A stretch of DNA of 64,000 bases from contig NC_083437.1 of NCBI RefSeq assembly GCF_020745735.1, positions 9,982,001 to 10,046,000 on the forward strand. Direction: 5' to 3'. Origin of the DNA: Hemiscyllium ocellatum. Its lineage: Eukaryota. Made by a program: the position numbers and the translations under genes. Shown piece after piece: positions 1-13,100 of this stretch. The notes beneath the pieces were generated by a model, which worked only from the letters and a program-made list of their open reading frames with translations, made no database searches and was not told the DNA's origin. Positions within the stretch are counted from its first letter, which is position 1, and every line of letters begins with the position of its first letter.

Positions 1-461
1 GACAGCTATTGTCGCAGGATTCAAACATGGTAGAAATTGCAGGCACTTCACTGATGAGCTTAATGATACCCAAACAGCCGCAAAGTTCAAACTCAGCAGC
101 AAATCTTTCGTCAGAAGCTGTAACAGTGGCACTTCAGCTGTTGACTATCTGAGGCTAAGAAGTGATTCAGGTTAAACTGCATTCATGAATTCTTAATCTG
201 AGAGTTTCTATTTCAATAGCAGCACCAACCTTATCATCCTTTCTTTCACACTACAGTCATTACCTCCATGTCATTGGTCTTCGTGAGTTAGCAAATACTC
301 AGCAGTTTGATCGCTGTTTCAATCCTGGACTATTAATCCAGGAAAGAAATACGAGTTAAAATCGCATTAGAGTTGTTTGAAAATTGGATAAGAAACTGCT
401 CTGGGTGAATCTGTTGGTGGAAAATCTTAAATTGTCTCATGATTGTTCTTTCGTGAAGGAG

Positions 462-657
462 TTTGAAAAGTGTGGCACTGGAAAAGCACAGCCGGTCAGG
501 CAGCATCCGAGGAGCAGGAGAGTCAACGCTTCGAGCACATTCATCAGGCTTGAAACATCAACTCTCCTGATCCTCGGATGCTGCCTGACCGGCTGTGCTT
601 TTCCAGCTCCACACCTATTGACTCTGATGTCCAGCATCTGCAGTCCTCACTTCCTCC
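462..657 (+). mobile_element. Short palindromic PLE-derived element (family A pLTR, centre partly deleted)
   Basis: Inverted arms ctggaaaagcacagccggtcaggcagcatccgagga / tcctcggatgctgcctgaccggctgtgcttttccag; same tail type as the full PLE at 39.2-39.35 kb; flanking direct repeat cgtgaaggag (452-461, 662-671). Confidence 0.85.
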
Positions 658-2035
658 CTTCCGTGAAGGAGACTTGCTGTCCTAATCAGGACTGGTGGGT
701 ACGTGACTCCAGTTTCTTAAATGCCTGCTGAAGAGGTCTGGCATCTCACTCCATTGAGCCAAACAAGGCAGTTACCCTTGCTTGCACTGCCACATCCTTC
801 ACGTTAAAATAAATGCCTTTTTGATATTTATCCTGCCCTCTGACTTGTGTGACAGTGTGGTCAGATTGAATAAAAACAAATGATAATTTTAAAGCCCCAA
901 AACCCCTAGGTCGTATTGACTACCTTACTTCGTGAGTGTGGATCTGTAATTCAAACCTGCTGGTAACTCAACATTAGTTTGTGGTCTAGGGTGGGCTGTT
1001 TTGTTATTCTAATTCAGCTCCTCACTCTTAAATGATGGAGTTTGCATATGTGATTTGTCGGAATGCAGAGCCAGGAATACGATGAGTCTCAATATTTCAA
1101 GCAATTTCAGTATGAGTGTAGCGTACAGTGTTTTACAACATATTTTGATCTCTACATTCTATCGCAGAGTATCACTACCTCACAGCTACACACACAAGTG
1201 ACATCAGGATAATGACATGCATACAGTGAACTTGCACATTTCTCTTTTCAATCTCTTCCAATCATTCCAACTGTCCTCACAAATGCTTCCAACTGTTCAT
1301 TCCCAGAGGTGATCTGATTAACATATATTGGCCATCCAAGACATGAAGACATGAATTTTACATTTCTTCAACCCTTTTATATTAAGATACTGTAGCCTTG
1401 AGTCCACTTATAAAGTGCATCTCATGCTGAGCCGAAATCCAACTCATCATTTGTTGACCCTAGGTTAGACAGGGACGTTGTGCAATGTAGGTATTGTGGC
1501 TCTTTGCTCCTACTAATCTGCTTTAGGAAGGTAAATGTGAAAATGATTCAGTGGAAGCGCTCCCGTGTGGCTGTAATTGAAAAGTAAATGCTGGGCGAGA
1601 CTTCCTCAGTCTCTATATTGCCAGGAGTGACCAGTGGTGTCGGTAGCAGGTAAATGTTTAATGAGCTTGCAACATTTCTCTCCTATTGTGGTGACGGTGT
1701 TAACCCATTTAGAATGAACAAGTAAATACTTGCAATAAAAACAGGAGACTCCAGCAATGTTCTGTGGATAAGGGGAGAAACACAGTTACTGAGGGCAATT
1801 TTGGTTTCTCAAAAAGGGATGGTCTAGTTTGGGGAGGAGGTGACAAATCTGTTCTGTTCTCAGACAATGGAAAAGTCATGTGTTTTTCAATGGTAACTTT
1901 GTTGTTTTATTTTTCTGATGCATGGGAAACCTGGCAGATAAGAGGACACAAGTAGAATGTCCATCAGATGCACGAACTCACAGCACTGCTTGTCAGCCAA
2001 GGAAAGAGGAGAGATTTTCACAGGCCTAAGTTAAT

Positions 2036-2333
2036 CATGGCACAGTGGCTCAGTGGTTAGCACTGCTGCCTCATAGCGTTGGGGATCCAGGTTCAATTCC
2101 ATCCTCAGGTGACTGTCTGTGCTTAGTTTGCACATTCTCCCTGTGTCTGCATGGGTTTTCCTCCGGTTTCTCTCTCAGTCCAAAGGTGTGTTGAAGGTTG
2201 GGTGAATTGTCCAGGGATGTGCAGGCTAGTTGGGTTAGTCAGGTGAAATGGTGGTCCTGGGTAGGATGCTCTACGGAGGGTTGGTGAGACTCAATAGGCC
2301 CAATGGCCTGCTTCCATTCTGTAGGGATTCTAT
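2036..2333 (+). mobile_element. HE1-type tRNA-derived V-SINE
   Basis: A box tggctcagtggttagc, B box ggttcaattcc, central tttgcacattctccc domain, CR1-like tail. Confidence 0.9.
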
Positions 2334-2589
2334 ATCACATTGTCACTCCACGACACACATTCAAACAGTCTGGCAGTACAAATGGTACATGCTAACAATT
2401 CAGTGATCATTAAGCATTGAGCACCAAAGCATGGAGAAAGGATTACTGTCCGCAGTGTAACTCATGCTTAGAAGACAAGTGGAGCTGACCCTGCCCAATG
2501 TGACCTAGTTCCTTTCATTATGTTGGGAGATAAACCAAAGACCACCTCACTGGGATAGTTCGTAAATTTGGTTGGGAATTCAAGACTAA

Positions 2590-2805
2590 CCTACTTCACG
2601 AGAGAGTGGTTACAACGTGGAATCTTGATCTCAAAATGTTGAAGTGAGGGACATTCAAGAGGTGAGCATTAAAGCCAAAATGGAAGCCGAAAAAGGATAT
2701 TCTGATGGAGTAAGATGAAGGTATTTGGGAGGGACTTTGAGTGGTTTATAAATAAATGAACTAGTTGGATTGAATGGCCTGTTTCTGAGCTGTAACTTAC
2801 ATGTA
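2590..2805 (+). mobile_element. Decayed CR1 LINE 3' fragment
   Basis: ttcacgagagagtggtt...tggaatc and gaatggcctgtttctgagctgtaa resemble the CR1 3' ends elsewhere in the window. Confidence 0.55.
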
Positions 2806-3303
2806 ATTTTCCAATCAATTCCTGGAGACTGTCAGCACAGTCTAGCAATCTGTACAAATGATGGTGCAGGCAAGACATTTATCAATTTGATGCAAAAGTG
2901 AGTATAATCTCCAATGTTGGAATTAATGCGCATTAGTGGCATTTTCTTCTGCAACTGATGCTATATTATCAATCAAGGATTGCTCAATTCTGACTAGTAT
3001 CAAAAGTAGAGAATGTTGCTTTTCTTCTTTAGAAACCCTAACAAGTATTTTTAAACGAATGAAGTGTTTTGATCTAAATTTCTCAGTTATTGCCTCTCTG
3101 AGTGAGAATGCTTATGTTTTCACAACTGGCATGCGATTATGAGCAGTTATCTTAATGTTTAGTGATTAAATTGGGTGTGTGTCTGTAGTATAGGCCTGAA
3201 ACTGCCAGTGAATTTGGCCTCTCTTAACTTAGACCAGTGAGCTTTGCTGACAACTGTTAGGCCCCAAAGACAGCTCACCAAAGAAACTGATCACAGAATC
3301 AGA

Positions 3304-3490
3304 AAATTCCTACAGTGCGGAATTAGGCCATTTGGCCCATCGAAACCAGACTGACCCTCTGAAGAGCAACCCATCCAGACACCACTTTCCCCACCTCCAC
3401 CCTATCCTGTATTCCCCAAAGTTAATCCACCTAATCTGTACATTTTTGGTTTATGGGAGGAAATTGGAGCACCTGGAGGAAACCCATGGG
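3304..3490 (-). mobile_element. HE1-type SINE, partial
   Basis: Reverse complement of the HE1 3' half (gggaggaaattggagcacctggaggaaaccca). Confidence 0.8.
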
Positions 3491-4477
3491 AAAAAAAATA
3501 CAGATGGAAGGGTCGTTAATGAGATAAGTTCACTGTTTCCTGTTTCATGCTGGCTGCTTGACCTATCGAACATTTCCAAAACTTATTGTCACTATTTCAG
3601 GTCTTCAGTGTCCATTGTATTTTATGCCTGGTTTCAACACTGGATCAGTGCAGTCGTCCTCAGCTAAATCCTGGAAGTGAGAATTTGAGTCAACATTTGA
3701 ACGGCCTCGTTAAAAACTTCATTAAAAACAGCTAATGTCCAGACCCTGCAACTAGGCTATGACTGCTAAACGGCCAATATTAACATAACAATTTGCAACA
3801 GAAAGAATTGACAGTAAAGGCATATGACCAAAAATCATAACAGCAATTGGGTTTTGTGGGTCAAAGTTATGTACAACAAAAATTATAAAAATATATAAAT
3901 GAGTCAAATGTTCGAGACATTTTGTCTGTAATGGAAACTAAATGTTCTAGTTGTTGCTTCCAAAGTGATTGGAAAATGTGCGTCATCTCAAAGTGCAACA
4001 GTCATCTTTTTTCTCAGATACTGGGTTGGGAACATTCGCAATAACTGACTGAAGTGTTCCAAGAATGTACAATTCACTTCAGGTTCTGTGAATTGAAATA
4101 TTCAGAAATAGAACAATTGCAAAAGCCCAAATTCTGGCATAATCATTGCACCTCAGGATGAATTAATTTGCCTGCGGGGAAACTGGACTCCTGATTGACC
4201 AGAATGGGACAAGGATTGCGAGTATCAGGATGGGCTGCATAAACTTGGTTGAATTTTGAGATCAATCCATGACCAAATGTTTTTCCTGAAGACCTATTTG
4301 GTGTGGAGGTCCCTAATTCAATGGGTCAATGTTTTCCTTGGAGAAGTCACACTTTGGGAAGCTCCTTCTGAAAGACTGGTCAAATAAATTCTTGGGGTTG
4401 CTGCGTCTATGACATGAATTGGAGTATGAATTGAATTCATACCTTAGATAGTCTTTAAGAATTTTCTCAGTCCCTTT

Positions 4478-5085
4478 AGGGTACTGCTGACCTGTTAATC
4501 CACAGACCCTGGCAATGTTCTGGAGGCCCAGGTTCGAATCCTGCTATCGCAGATGGTAGAATTTGAATTCAGTAAAAAACAAAATCTGGTCTGAAGAGTC
4601 TAATTATGACCATGTCAATTGTTGGAAAAACCCATCTGGTTCACTAATGTTCTTTCGGGAAGGAAGCTGCCATCCGTACCTGGGGTGACCTACCGTGTGG
4701 GTGGCATGGTGGCACAGTGGTTAGTACTGCTGCCTCACAACGCCAGAGACCCAGGTTCAGTTCCCGCCTCAGGCAACTGTTTACACATTCTCCCCGTGTC
4801 TGCGTTGGTTTCCTCCGGGTGCTCCGGTTTCCTCCCACAATCCAAAAATGTGCAGTTTAGGTGAATTGGCGATGCTAAATTGCCCGTAGTGTGAGATAAG
4901 TGTATGGGAATGGGTCTGGGAGGGTTGGTGTGGACTTGTTGGTCGGAAGGACCAGTTTCTACACTGTAAGTAATCTAATCTACATGTGACTCCAGACCCA
5001 CTGCAATGTGATTGACTCTTAACTACCCATTTGGGCAATTAAAGATGGTTGATAAATGCAGTGATGCTCACGTCCTGTGAATGTA
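4478..5085 (+). mobile_element. Older tRNA-derived shark SINE interrupted by an HE1 insertion
   Basis: B box ggttcgaatcc near 4531; body aaaaacccatctggttcactaatg; sequence resumes after the HE1 copy as cctacatgtgactccagaccc. Confidence 0.7.
4700..4980 (+). mobile_element. HE1-type SINE (nested)
   Basis: ggtggcacagtggttagtactgctgcctcac head; acactgtaagtaatctaatc tail. Confidence 0.92.
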
Positions 5086-5269
5086 TAATGAAAAATATTC
5101 TCTTTCCTGACCTCTTCCTTTTTAAAGAGGTAGAATGCCGTCCTCTATTTACTTATTTTTTTACTGGTTTTTATTGCTCTTTCCTTTTATACATTCCCAT
5201 TTTTTTCTCCTTCTGTTTGTCCCTATTTTTCCTTCTTGCTGAACCTTTACTGGTCTAACTGTTGCTTTA

Positions 5270-5660
5270 AGGATGCCTGATCGACTGGGGCTGTCTTTCC
5301 CTGGAGTGTAGAGGATGAAAGGTGACCTTTTAAGGTTTATCAAATCATGAGGGGCATGGATAGGGTGAATTTTCCCAGGATAGGGGAGTCCAAAACTAGA
5401 GGGCATAGGTTTAGGGTGAAACGATAAGGATTTAAAATGGACCCAAGGGGTAGCCTTTTCATGCAGAGGGTGGTGCATGTATAGAATGACCTGCCAGAGG
5501 AGCCTGGTCCAATTACAATATTTTAAAGGATAGCTATATGAATAGGAAGGGTTTAGAGGGATGTGGGCCAAATGCTGGCAAATGGGACTTGGTCAGGTTG
5601 GGATTTCTGGCCAGCATGGACGAGTTGGACTGAAGGGTTGTGCTGTATCACTCTATGACA
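5270..5660 (+). mobile_element. CR1 LINE 3' fragment
   Basis: ctggggctgtctttccctggag...actagagggcataggtttagg...ctctatgac, homologous to the RT C-terminus and 3' UTR at 21.0-21.8 kb. Confidence 0.85.
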
Positions 5661-6417
5661 AACTTGTAGTTTAAAGATTATATTCTTATAGTTAGAACTT
5701 TCAGCTGGTAGGTGACATTTGTACAATTTAAGGAGAAAAGACTCCATTCCACTTGCCACCACTTCTGCTTCGAACTGGTGACTGCTGGTTTGTGAAAAGC
5801 TGCTTAATGTAAAAATTGTTCTGCTTGCCCAGAGGGATGTTTTGAACCTGTGCTGTAGGGATCATTTAATTGCCTTTTTCTTTCTCAAAACCAAATTAAT
5901 AACTTATCTTTTTTGCAAGAGAAAAAGAAAAGTAGAGTTCTCACTGTCTAGAAATTTGTATTCATCATTACAGCCTTTTTAATATTGATTCAAAGGACTC
6001 TGAAAAGTTTCTCATATCTTGAAAGAACTTGGATTTTGATCAAAAATAAGCAGTTCTCTCTTCAATGCTGCATTTTCAGATCACTCTATACTCTCAGAAA
6101 TTGATGTTGTTGGATAGCTGGTCTTCAATTAGTTTTAATGTCTGCAACCAGAAAGGTGGAGTCATTTTATTTATTGATGATCACTGCAGCTAACCATGTT
6201 ATCTTTACATGTAGCAATTCTTATCTTATTCTTCATGAAGTAAGAAACTCAGACATGCTTAATATGATGATGAAAAGTTCAGTAGATGTTTTACAGATTG
6301 CTAGTGTATGCAAATAATACATTCACAGGCAAATTAGGGCTCACATTAAACTATTAGCTACAAAGAGCAACATTTCGAGCTTCAAATGGTTCAAAGTAAG
6401 ATGGAATCTGCGATCTG

Positions 6418-6760
6418 GGGTGACATGGTGGCTCAGTGGTTAGCACTGCTGCGCCATAGTGCCATAGGACCCACATTCGATTATGGACTCAGGTAACTGT
6501 TCAGAGGTTGGATGTTCTCCCCATGTCTGTGGGGGTCTTCTCCTGGTCCCCTGGTTTTCTCTCTCTGTCCAACGGTGTGTGGGTTAGGTGCAGGTTGGTC
6601 ATGCTGAATTGCCCATTGTGTCCAGGGATGTGTAGGTTAGGTGGGTTAGCCATGCAGGGCTACAGGCGGTGGGGTGGATCTGGGTGGGATGCTCTTTGGA
6701 GGGTTGGTGGCGACTTAATGGGCCGAATGATCTGTTTCCACACTTGAGGAATCTATGATT
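6418..6760 (+). mobile_element. HE1-type SINE (diverged)
   Basis: ggtggctcagtggttagcactgctgc head and HE1 body and tail. Confidence 0.85.
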
Positions 6761-8049
6761 TGTATCTCCTCAGATCATGTTGTATAATATCGTGATGATA
6801 ACAAATGCATTTTTCTCAAAGGTGTACTGACATGCTTACACTGAGAGATAAGACAACAGCTGTATTGGTGCTTCTTAAGTTTGGGCTTCTTCATACTTTG
6901 GTCTCTGCATCAACCCAGTTGAATCTGCTCAAACATTCTGAAGAGGATCACTGGAGGTCTTGCGGCATGATCTAGGTGTTCCCTACAGCTGAGCTGACCT
7001 CTAAGTTTGAATCCCATTCCAGGATTATTTGGCTGTGAGGATGCACTCGTCATGAAGCCATACAGGTTGATTATCAGTCGATAAAGCCTTCCAATGCTTC
7101 TGATGGTAGATGGTGACAGAGGGACTCTCCTGGTCAGCCATCTTGCGGAAGGCAATGACAAACCGCTGCCCCAATGGGAATCTGTCACCCAACCCTCGGA
7201 TGCAAGGACTGAAGAGTAACAGACAGATTGGGTCATCTCTCAGCCTTTTCAAGAGACAAAGAGCTTTAACCCCTTCTACATTTACCAATTGTTGTGCTCT
7301 CTGTATCCTGAAAGAAGGACAGCAGAAAGTTAATTACAATTTGATCTTTTGGATTTCGCTAAAGGAAAGAGATCTTCAGTTCATTGTTCTGGGCTGAACT
7401 GGAACTCTGCATCCAGTGGTATCGCAGAGTTATCTATGTCAGCCTGTTGATAAGCTTATAGAAAACTCAGGTATCCATCAAGGACACAATACTGACAGCA
7501 TTTGCATTAATTTTCACTCATTTGGCTCCACATATAAGCTCCAATGAGGGTACACCATATAGAAAACCTTCATTGCTCAGACCTTTAGAGAAGGAGTCAT
7601 ATTGAAGTTGTTCAGGATGTTGGAGAGGCCTCTTCTGGAATACTGTGTCTAGTTCTGAGAAGAGCCCGGTGATGCCTTGCGTGCAAGTTTCACTGAGACA
7701 AGATACTGGAACATTTTCTCAGAGCAGTGTCTACAATGTTCAGCAGGTCCACTGTGAACAGAGGGCAATTCGAAGATTTTGCCAAAGTTGTAAAGTGTGA
7801 TACAATGACATTTTGACCTCTCTATGAAGTGAATTGGTCGTCAAGGCATTTTGCAGTAAACACTGTAATGCAAAACTACAATGCCTTGATCGAATAATGC
7901 ATCCAGTGTGAGTAAGTGCAATGATTCAGTAAACAAACATTGCCTGAACATGCCTACAATATCACATTGCATTGACAGCTCTGAGGATGGTCTCAGTGAG
8001 CTGTTATTTTGACAATGATTGAAGCTGCACACTTTGCAAAGGCTGAGAT

Positions 8050-8430
8050 CAATAAACTGGAGACTCCATGGAGAGGGAGCAAGCTAATGTTTCGAGTCTG
8101 GCACTGGAAAAGCACAGCCGGTCAGGCAGCATCTGAGGAGCAGGAAAGTCGACATTTCAAGCATAAGCCCTTCATCAGGAATGAGGGCCTCATTATGCCT
8201 GGTACGTCGATTCTCCTGCTCCTTAGATGCTGCCTGACCTGCTGTGCTTTTCCAGCACCACACTCTTTGACTCTAATCGCCAGCATCTGAAGTCCTCACT
8301 TTCTCCTAATGTTTCAAGTCCAGAGGCCTCATCTAGACTGGAAACGTTAGCTTGCTCTCTCTTCACGGGTGCTGCCTGACCTGCCATGACTTCCAGCATG
8401 TTTCATTTTCAGTACAGATTCCAGTATCTG
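8050..8430. mobile_element. Older palindromic PLE-derived element interrupted by a family A insertion
   Basis: gagagggagcaagctaatgtttc on the left mirrors gaaacgttagcttgctctctc on the right, followed by the gctgcctgacctgc...tccagca pLTR tail. Confidence 0.65.
8099..8305 (+). mobile_element. Short palindromic PLE-derived element (family A)
   Basis: Inverted arms; cccttcatcaggaat hammerhead remnant; TSD ctaatgtttc(g/a)agtc at 8084-8098 and 8306-8320. Confidence 0.85.
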
Positions 8431-9074
8431 CTCCTAACTAGATGTCCATTCTTCTGGACATTTGTGCAGCATTTTGGGCATTGAGTCATCCATCACATCG
8501 GATCAAAATGAATACCGCATTCATATCAATGATTATTAGGCAGCAAATGAAGATTGGTAGCTATTTGTATCTACCAGAGAGTGAATAAATGTGTCTCTTT
8601 TGATCATGTATTAAATGGGGTATACCTTGTGCCATCACTCATGACTTTGAGCCAAGCAAACAATTCTGTTTGTTTTAGCAGATGGAATACTTGGAATTAT
8701 GAAACAATTTAAATTCACATCTTTAGTTGTTAATAAACTCATGTATTGTAGTTATGCATATGTTATGTTGGGATAATGTCTCTTTGAAAGGTGAGTCATG
8801 TGACACTGGAGAGCATTCAGCCAGTACTCAGGGATTCGCTCAAACTTGTTTGAGCTTTTACAGAATACGCAGTTTCAAAATAAAATCCTCCCTGCTGGAT
8901 TACAGCAAACAACGAGCTTGTATGTTCTCAGTTCTGACTGGATTTTAATAACTCCTCAGTGCAGAATATAAATGAACTGTGAAAAAGTATTGGAAAATGA
9001 CTTCCAGTCAATAGATGTAATGTGCTGCTCAGGCTACTCCAAGTTCCACATTGTTAGATCCACAACAATTTTGA

Positions 9075-9335
9075 AGGAGGCTATTCAGCCCATCAAGTCC
9101 ACACCAACCCTCTGAACAGCATCTCAGCTAGACCCAGCCCCCCTACTCTATCCCCCAACACTCATTTCCCATAGCTAATCCACCAAACCTGCCACCTTTG
9201 GACTATGAAAGGAAATCAGAGTATGCAGAGGAAATGCGTGCAGAAAAATATGTGCAAAGTCCACACAGACAGTCGCCCAAGGTTGGAATTGAACACATGT
9301 TGGGAGGCAGCAGTGCTAACTGCTGAGCCATCATG
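9075..9335 (-). mobile_element. HE1-type SINE (diverged)
   Basis: gaggcagcagtgctaactgctgagcca is the reverse complement of the HE1 head. Confidence 0.8.
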
Positions 9336-10148
9336 CTACTCTGTTGGCTGTGCTTTGGAGTCTTTGACCAGCTGATGTATTAAAAACACTTTCCCCAAAT
9401 GCCCTTGACTGTGAGGCTGACAAAGAGACACAGAATTTGGTTTGCAGTTCAATTCAAATTTATTAACAAAACATTCGTTATTAAAAACCATGCAAGTATT
9501 TCCAAAATTCCCACAATATTTACCCTTATCTAGCTCTGAGAAAGGATATTACCTGTGGCATTCCATGTGTTTGAGCTGGGCAGTTGGAATCTCCTTCCCC
9601 TGTGATGGCGGGCTGGCTCTTTTCCACAAGGATGGGTCTCACAGGTCAGAGTGGATCTTCTCTCTCTTTCTCTCTCTCCATCCTGATGGTAAGAGTTCTG
9701 CTAATAGGCCAGCTGAATCTTCACTGAGTCTTTGCTAAAGGGGTGGCATTCAGGTGTGTGTTTTATCTCTACTTCCAGAACGTTCTGCAGCTTTTGGCCA
9801 ATGGGATCAGGAGCAGGTTTCAAATCATCCAATGGGATCACACCAATACCCTTCATTGTTGCTGTGCCAGGAGCTGTCAAGTGCACATGCTCAGGCAGTC
9901 AAGATGCCAGAAAGTCTGACCAACACTTCTCTCATACACAACCCTGGGACTGATCGTGACTGGTTCCCTTTAAACCTTGAGACTTCTTTGATCTTGGTTT
10001 CCACTGTCACTGATAGCTGTTGGCTACTGTTTAGTTTAGTTTGGCCAATTTTCTGTAAAGCTTGACGTCCCTGGCTGTGGGTCAATTTAGAATGTGCAAT
10101 TTTGCACCCATGGTCTCTTGACCACAGCACAGGGCCCAGAAACGTTGC

Positions 10149-13100
10149 ATAGAAACATAGAAAGCATAGAAGATAGGAGCAGGAGGAGGCCATTTGGCCC
10201 TTTGAGCCTCCTCCGCTATTCATCACAATCATGGCTGATCATCCAACTTAATAGGCTTTCTGATCATTACCTTTGGTCCCATTTGCTCCAAGTGCTATAT
10301 CCAGCTGCTCGTTGAGCATATTCAATGTTTTGGCATCAATTATCTCCTGTGGCAATGGATTCCACAGGCCCACCATTCTTTGGGTGAAGAAATATCTCCT
10401 CCTGTCCATCCTGACTCCTCAGACTGTGACCCGTGGTTCTGGACACACCCACCATCGGGATCATCCTCCCTGCAGCTATCCTGCGTAGTCCTGTTAGAAT
10501 TTTGTAAGTCTTTGTGAGATTTCCCCCTCATTTGTCTGTACTCCAGTGAAAACAATCCTAACCTAGGCAATCTGTCCTCATATGTCAGTCCCACTGTCCC
10601 TGGAACCAGCCTGGGAAACCTTCACTGCACTCCCTAGAGAGCAAGAGCACCTGTCCTCAGAAAAGGAGACCAAAACTGCACTCAGTATTCTAGATGTGGC
10701 CTCACCAAGGCCCTGTATAACTGCAACACATCCCTGTTCCTGTATTCGAAACCTCTCACAGTGAAGGCTAACATACCACTTACCTTCTCTACTGCCTGCT
10801 GCACCTGCACGCTTACCTTCAGTGACTGGTGCACAAGGACACCTAAGTCCCACTGCACACTCCCCTCTCCCAACTTACAGCCATTCAGGTAATAATCTTT
10901 ACCTTGTTTTTGCTTCTAAAGTGAATAACCTCGCATTTGTCCAAATTATACTGCATCTGCCATTGATTTGCCCACTCACCCAACCTGTCCAGATCTTACT
11001 GAAGGATCACTGCATCCTCATCACAGTTCACCCTCCCACCCAACTTGGTGTCAACTGTAAACGTTGAGGTGTTATATTTTGTTCTCTCATTCAAATCATT
11101 GATATATATTGTGAATACCTGGGGTCCTAGCACTGATCCCTGTGGCACCCCACTAGTTACTGCCGGCTAATTTGAGAAGGATTGATTAATTCCTACTTTT
11201 TGTTTCCTCTCTGCCAATTAGTTTTCTATCCATCTCAATACATTTCCCCCAACCCCATGTGCTTTACTCTTGCACAGTGATCTCTTATACGGAACTTTGT
11301 CAAATGCTTTCTGAAAGTCCAAATATCGACTGACTCCCCGTTGACAATTCAAACAGTTACATCTTCATAGAATTCCAACAGATTTATCAAGCATGATTTC
11401 CCCTTCATATCTCCATGCTGACTGTCTGATTCTGCCACTGCTTTCTAAATACTCTGCGATAGAGTCCGTAATGGATTCGTGAATTTTCCCCAATGCCGAT
11501 GTTAGGCTTACTACTCTATAATTCCATTGTTTCTCCCTACCTCCCTCTTTAAATATTGGAGTAACATTAGCTGCCCTCCAATCTGCAGGGAGTCTTCCAG
11601 AGTCAATTGAATCCTGGAAGATGACCGCTAATACATTAATTATTTCTAGAGTTACTTCCTTAAGTACTTTGAGATGTAGATTATCGTGCTCCAGGGATTT
11701 ATCTGCCTTCAATCCCCTCAATATTCCCAGTCCCATTTCTCTGCTAATTTTGATCTGCCTCAGTTTTTCCCTCTCACTAAATCTTGCACTCTCCAACATT
11801 TCTGGTTTCTGATTTGTGCCCTCTTTTGTGAAGAAAGAGCTAAAATATGTATTCAGTTGCTCAGCCATTTCTTTGTCCCCTATTATACATTTCCCTGTTT
11901 CCGTCCAAAGGACACCTACATTTGTCTTCACTAATCTTTTTCTCTTCACGTACCTATAGAAACTCTTAGTGTCAGTCTGAATGTTCCCTGCAGGCTTACT
12001 TTCATACTGTATTTTCCCCTTCTGAATCAATCCTTTGGTCTTTCTTTGCTGAATTTTAAACTGCTCCCAATCCTCAGACCTATTATTTTACTTGGCCAAT
12101 CTGTACGCTTCATCCTTGGGTTGGATACTTTCTCTAATTTCCTTTGTAATCCATGAGTTGGCCCCCTTATCCATTTTGCTTTTGTGCTGGACAGGAAGAA
12201 CCAGTTGTTGCAGTTCCCCCATTTGTTCCTTGAATGTTTGCCATTGCTTATCCACCGTCATCCCTTTGGGTAACTCTCCCCAAACTAGCAAGGCCAATGT
12301 ACGCCTCATATCTTCAGAGTTTCCTTTAGTAAGATTCAGCACCCTAGTCTCCGAATCAACTCTCTCCCTCTCCACCTTGATAAAAAAAATCTATAATGTT
12401 ATGGTTGCTCATCTCCAAATGGTTTCACTCAGCTAGATTGGCAACGGTTCCCTTCTAATTACACAGTACCCAGTCTAAGATGGCCTGCTGTCTAGTTGAT
12501 CCCTCCACATATTGGTCAAGTAGACCATCCAATATACACTCCAAGAATTCCTCTTTTATGGAATTGTGGCTAATTTAATTTGCCCAATCTATATGCAGAT
12601 TGAATTCACCCATGATCACCAACATTCCCTTATCACATGTATCTCTAATTTCCTGTTCAATGCCATTCACAACATTACCACTGCAGTTTGGGGGTTCTGT
12701 ATAGGACACCCACTAATGTTTTTTGCCCCTGGGTATTTCTCAACTCTCCCCCTACAGACTCCACATTGTCAGAGCTAATACCCTTTCTCACTATTGTGTT
12801 AATTTCCTCTTTAACCAGAAATACCACTCCTCTACCATTTCCTTTTTGCCTGTCCTTCCTAAATACTGAATACTTGGGACATTCAGTTCCCATCCCTAGT
12901 CTAGATTAGAGTGGTGCTGGAAAAGCACAGCTGGTCAAGTAGCATCCGAGGAGCAGGAAAATCGACGTTTCGGGCAAAAGTCCTTCATCAGGACTGACCT
13001 GATGAAGGGCTTTTGCCTGAAACCTTCATTTTCCTGCTCCTCGGATGCTGCCTGACCGGCTGTGCTTTTCCAGCACCACTCTAATCTAGACTCTGATTTC

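Noticed and set aside
46-85. ctgatgag...caaac as a hammerhead
   Set aside because: No GAAA, no stem II and no PLE context
384-731. Recurrent short ORFs with GKAQPVRQHPR / GCCLTGCAFPAP peptides
   Set aside because: Translations of the non-coding PLE pLTR palindrome in varying frames; not a gene family
1864-1895. Micro-exon candidate (ttctcag|ACAATGG...ATG|gtaact)
   Set aside because: 29 nt, unrecognised peptide, no supporting neighbouring exons
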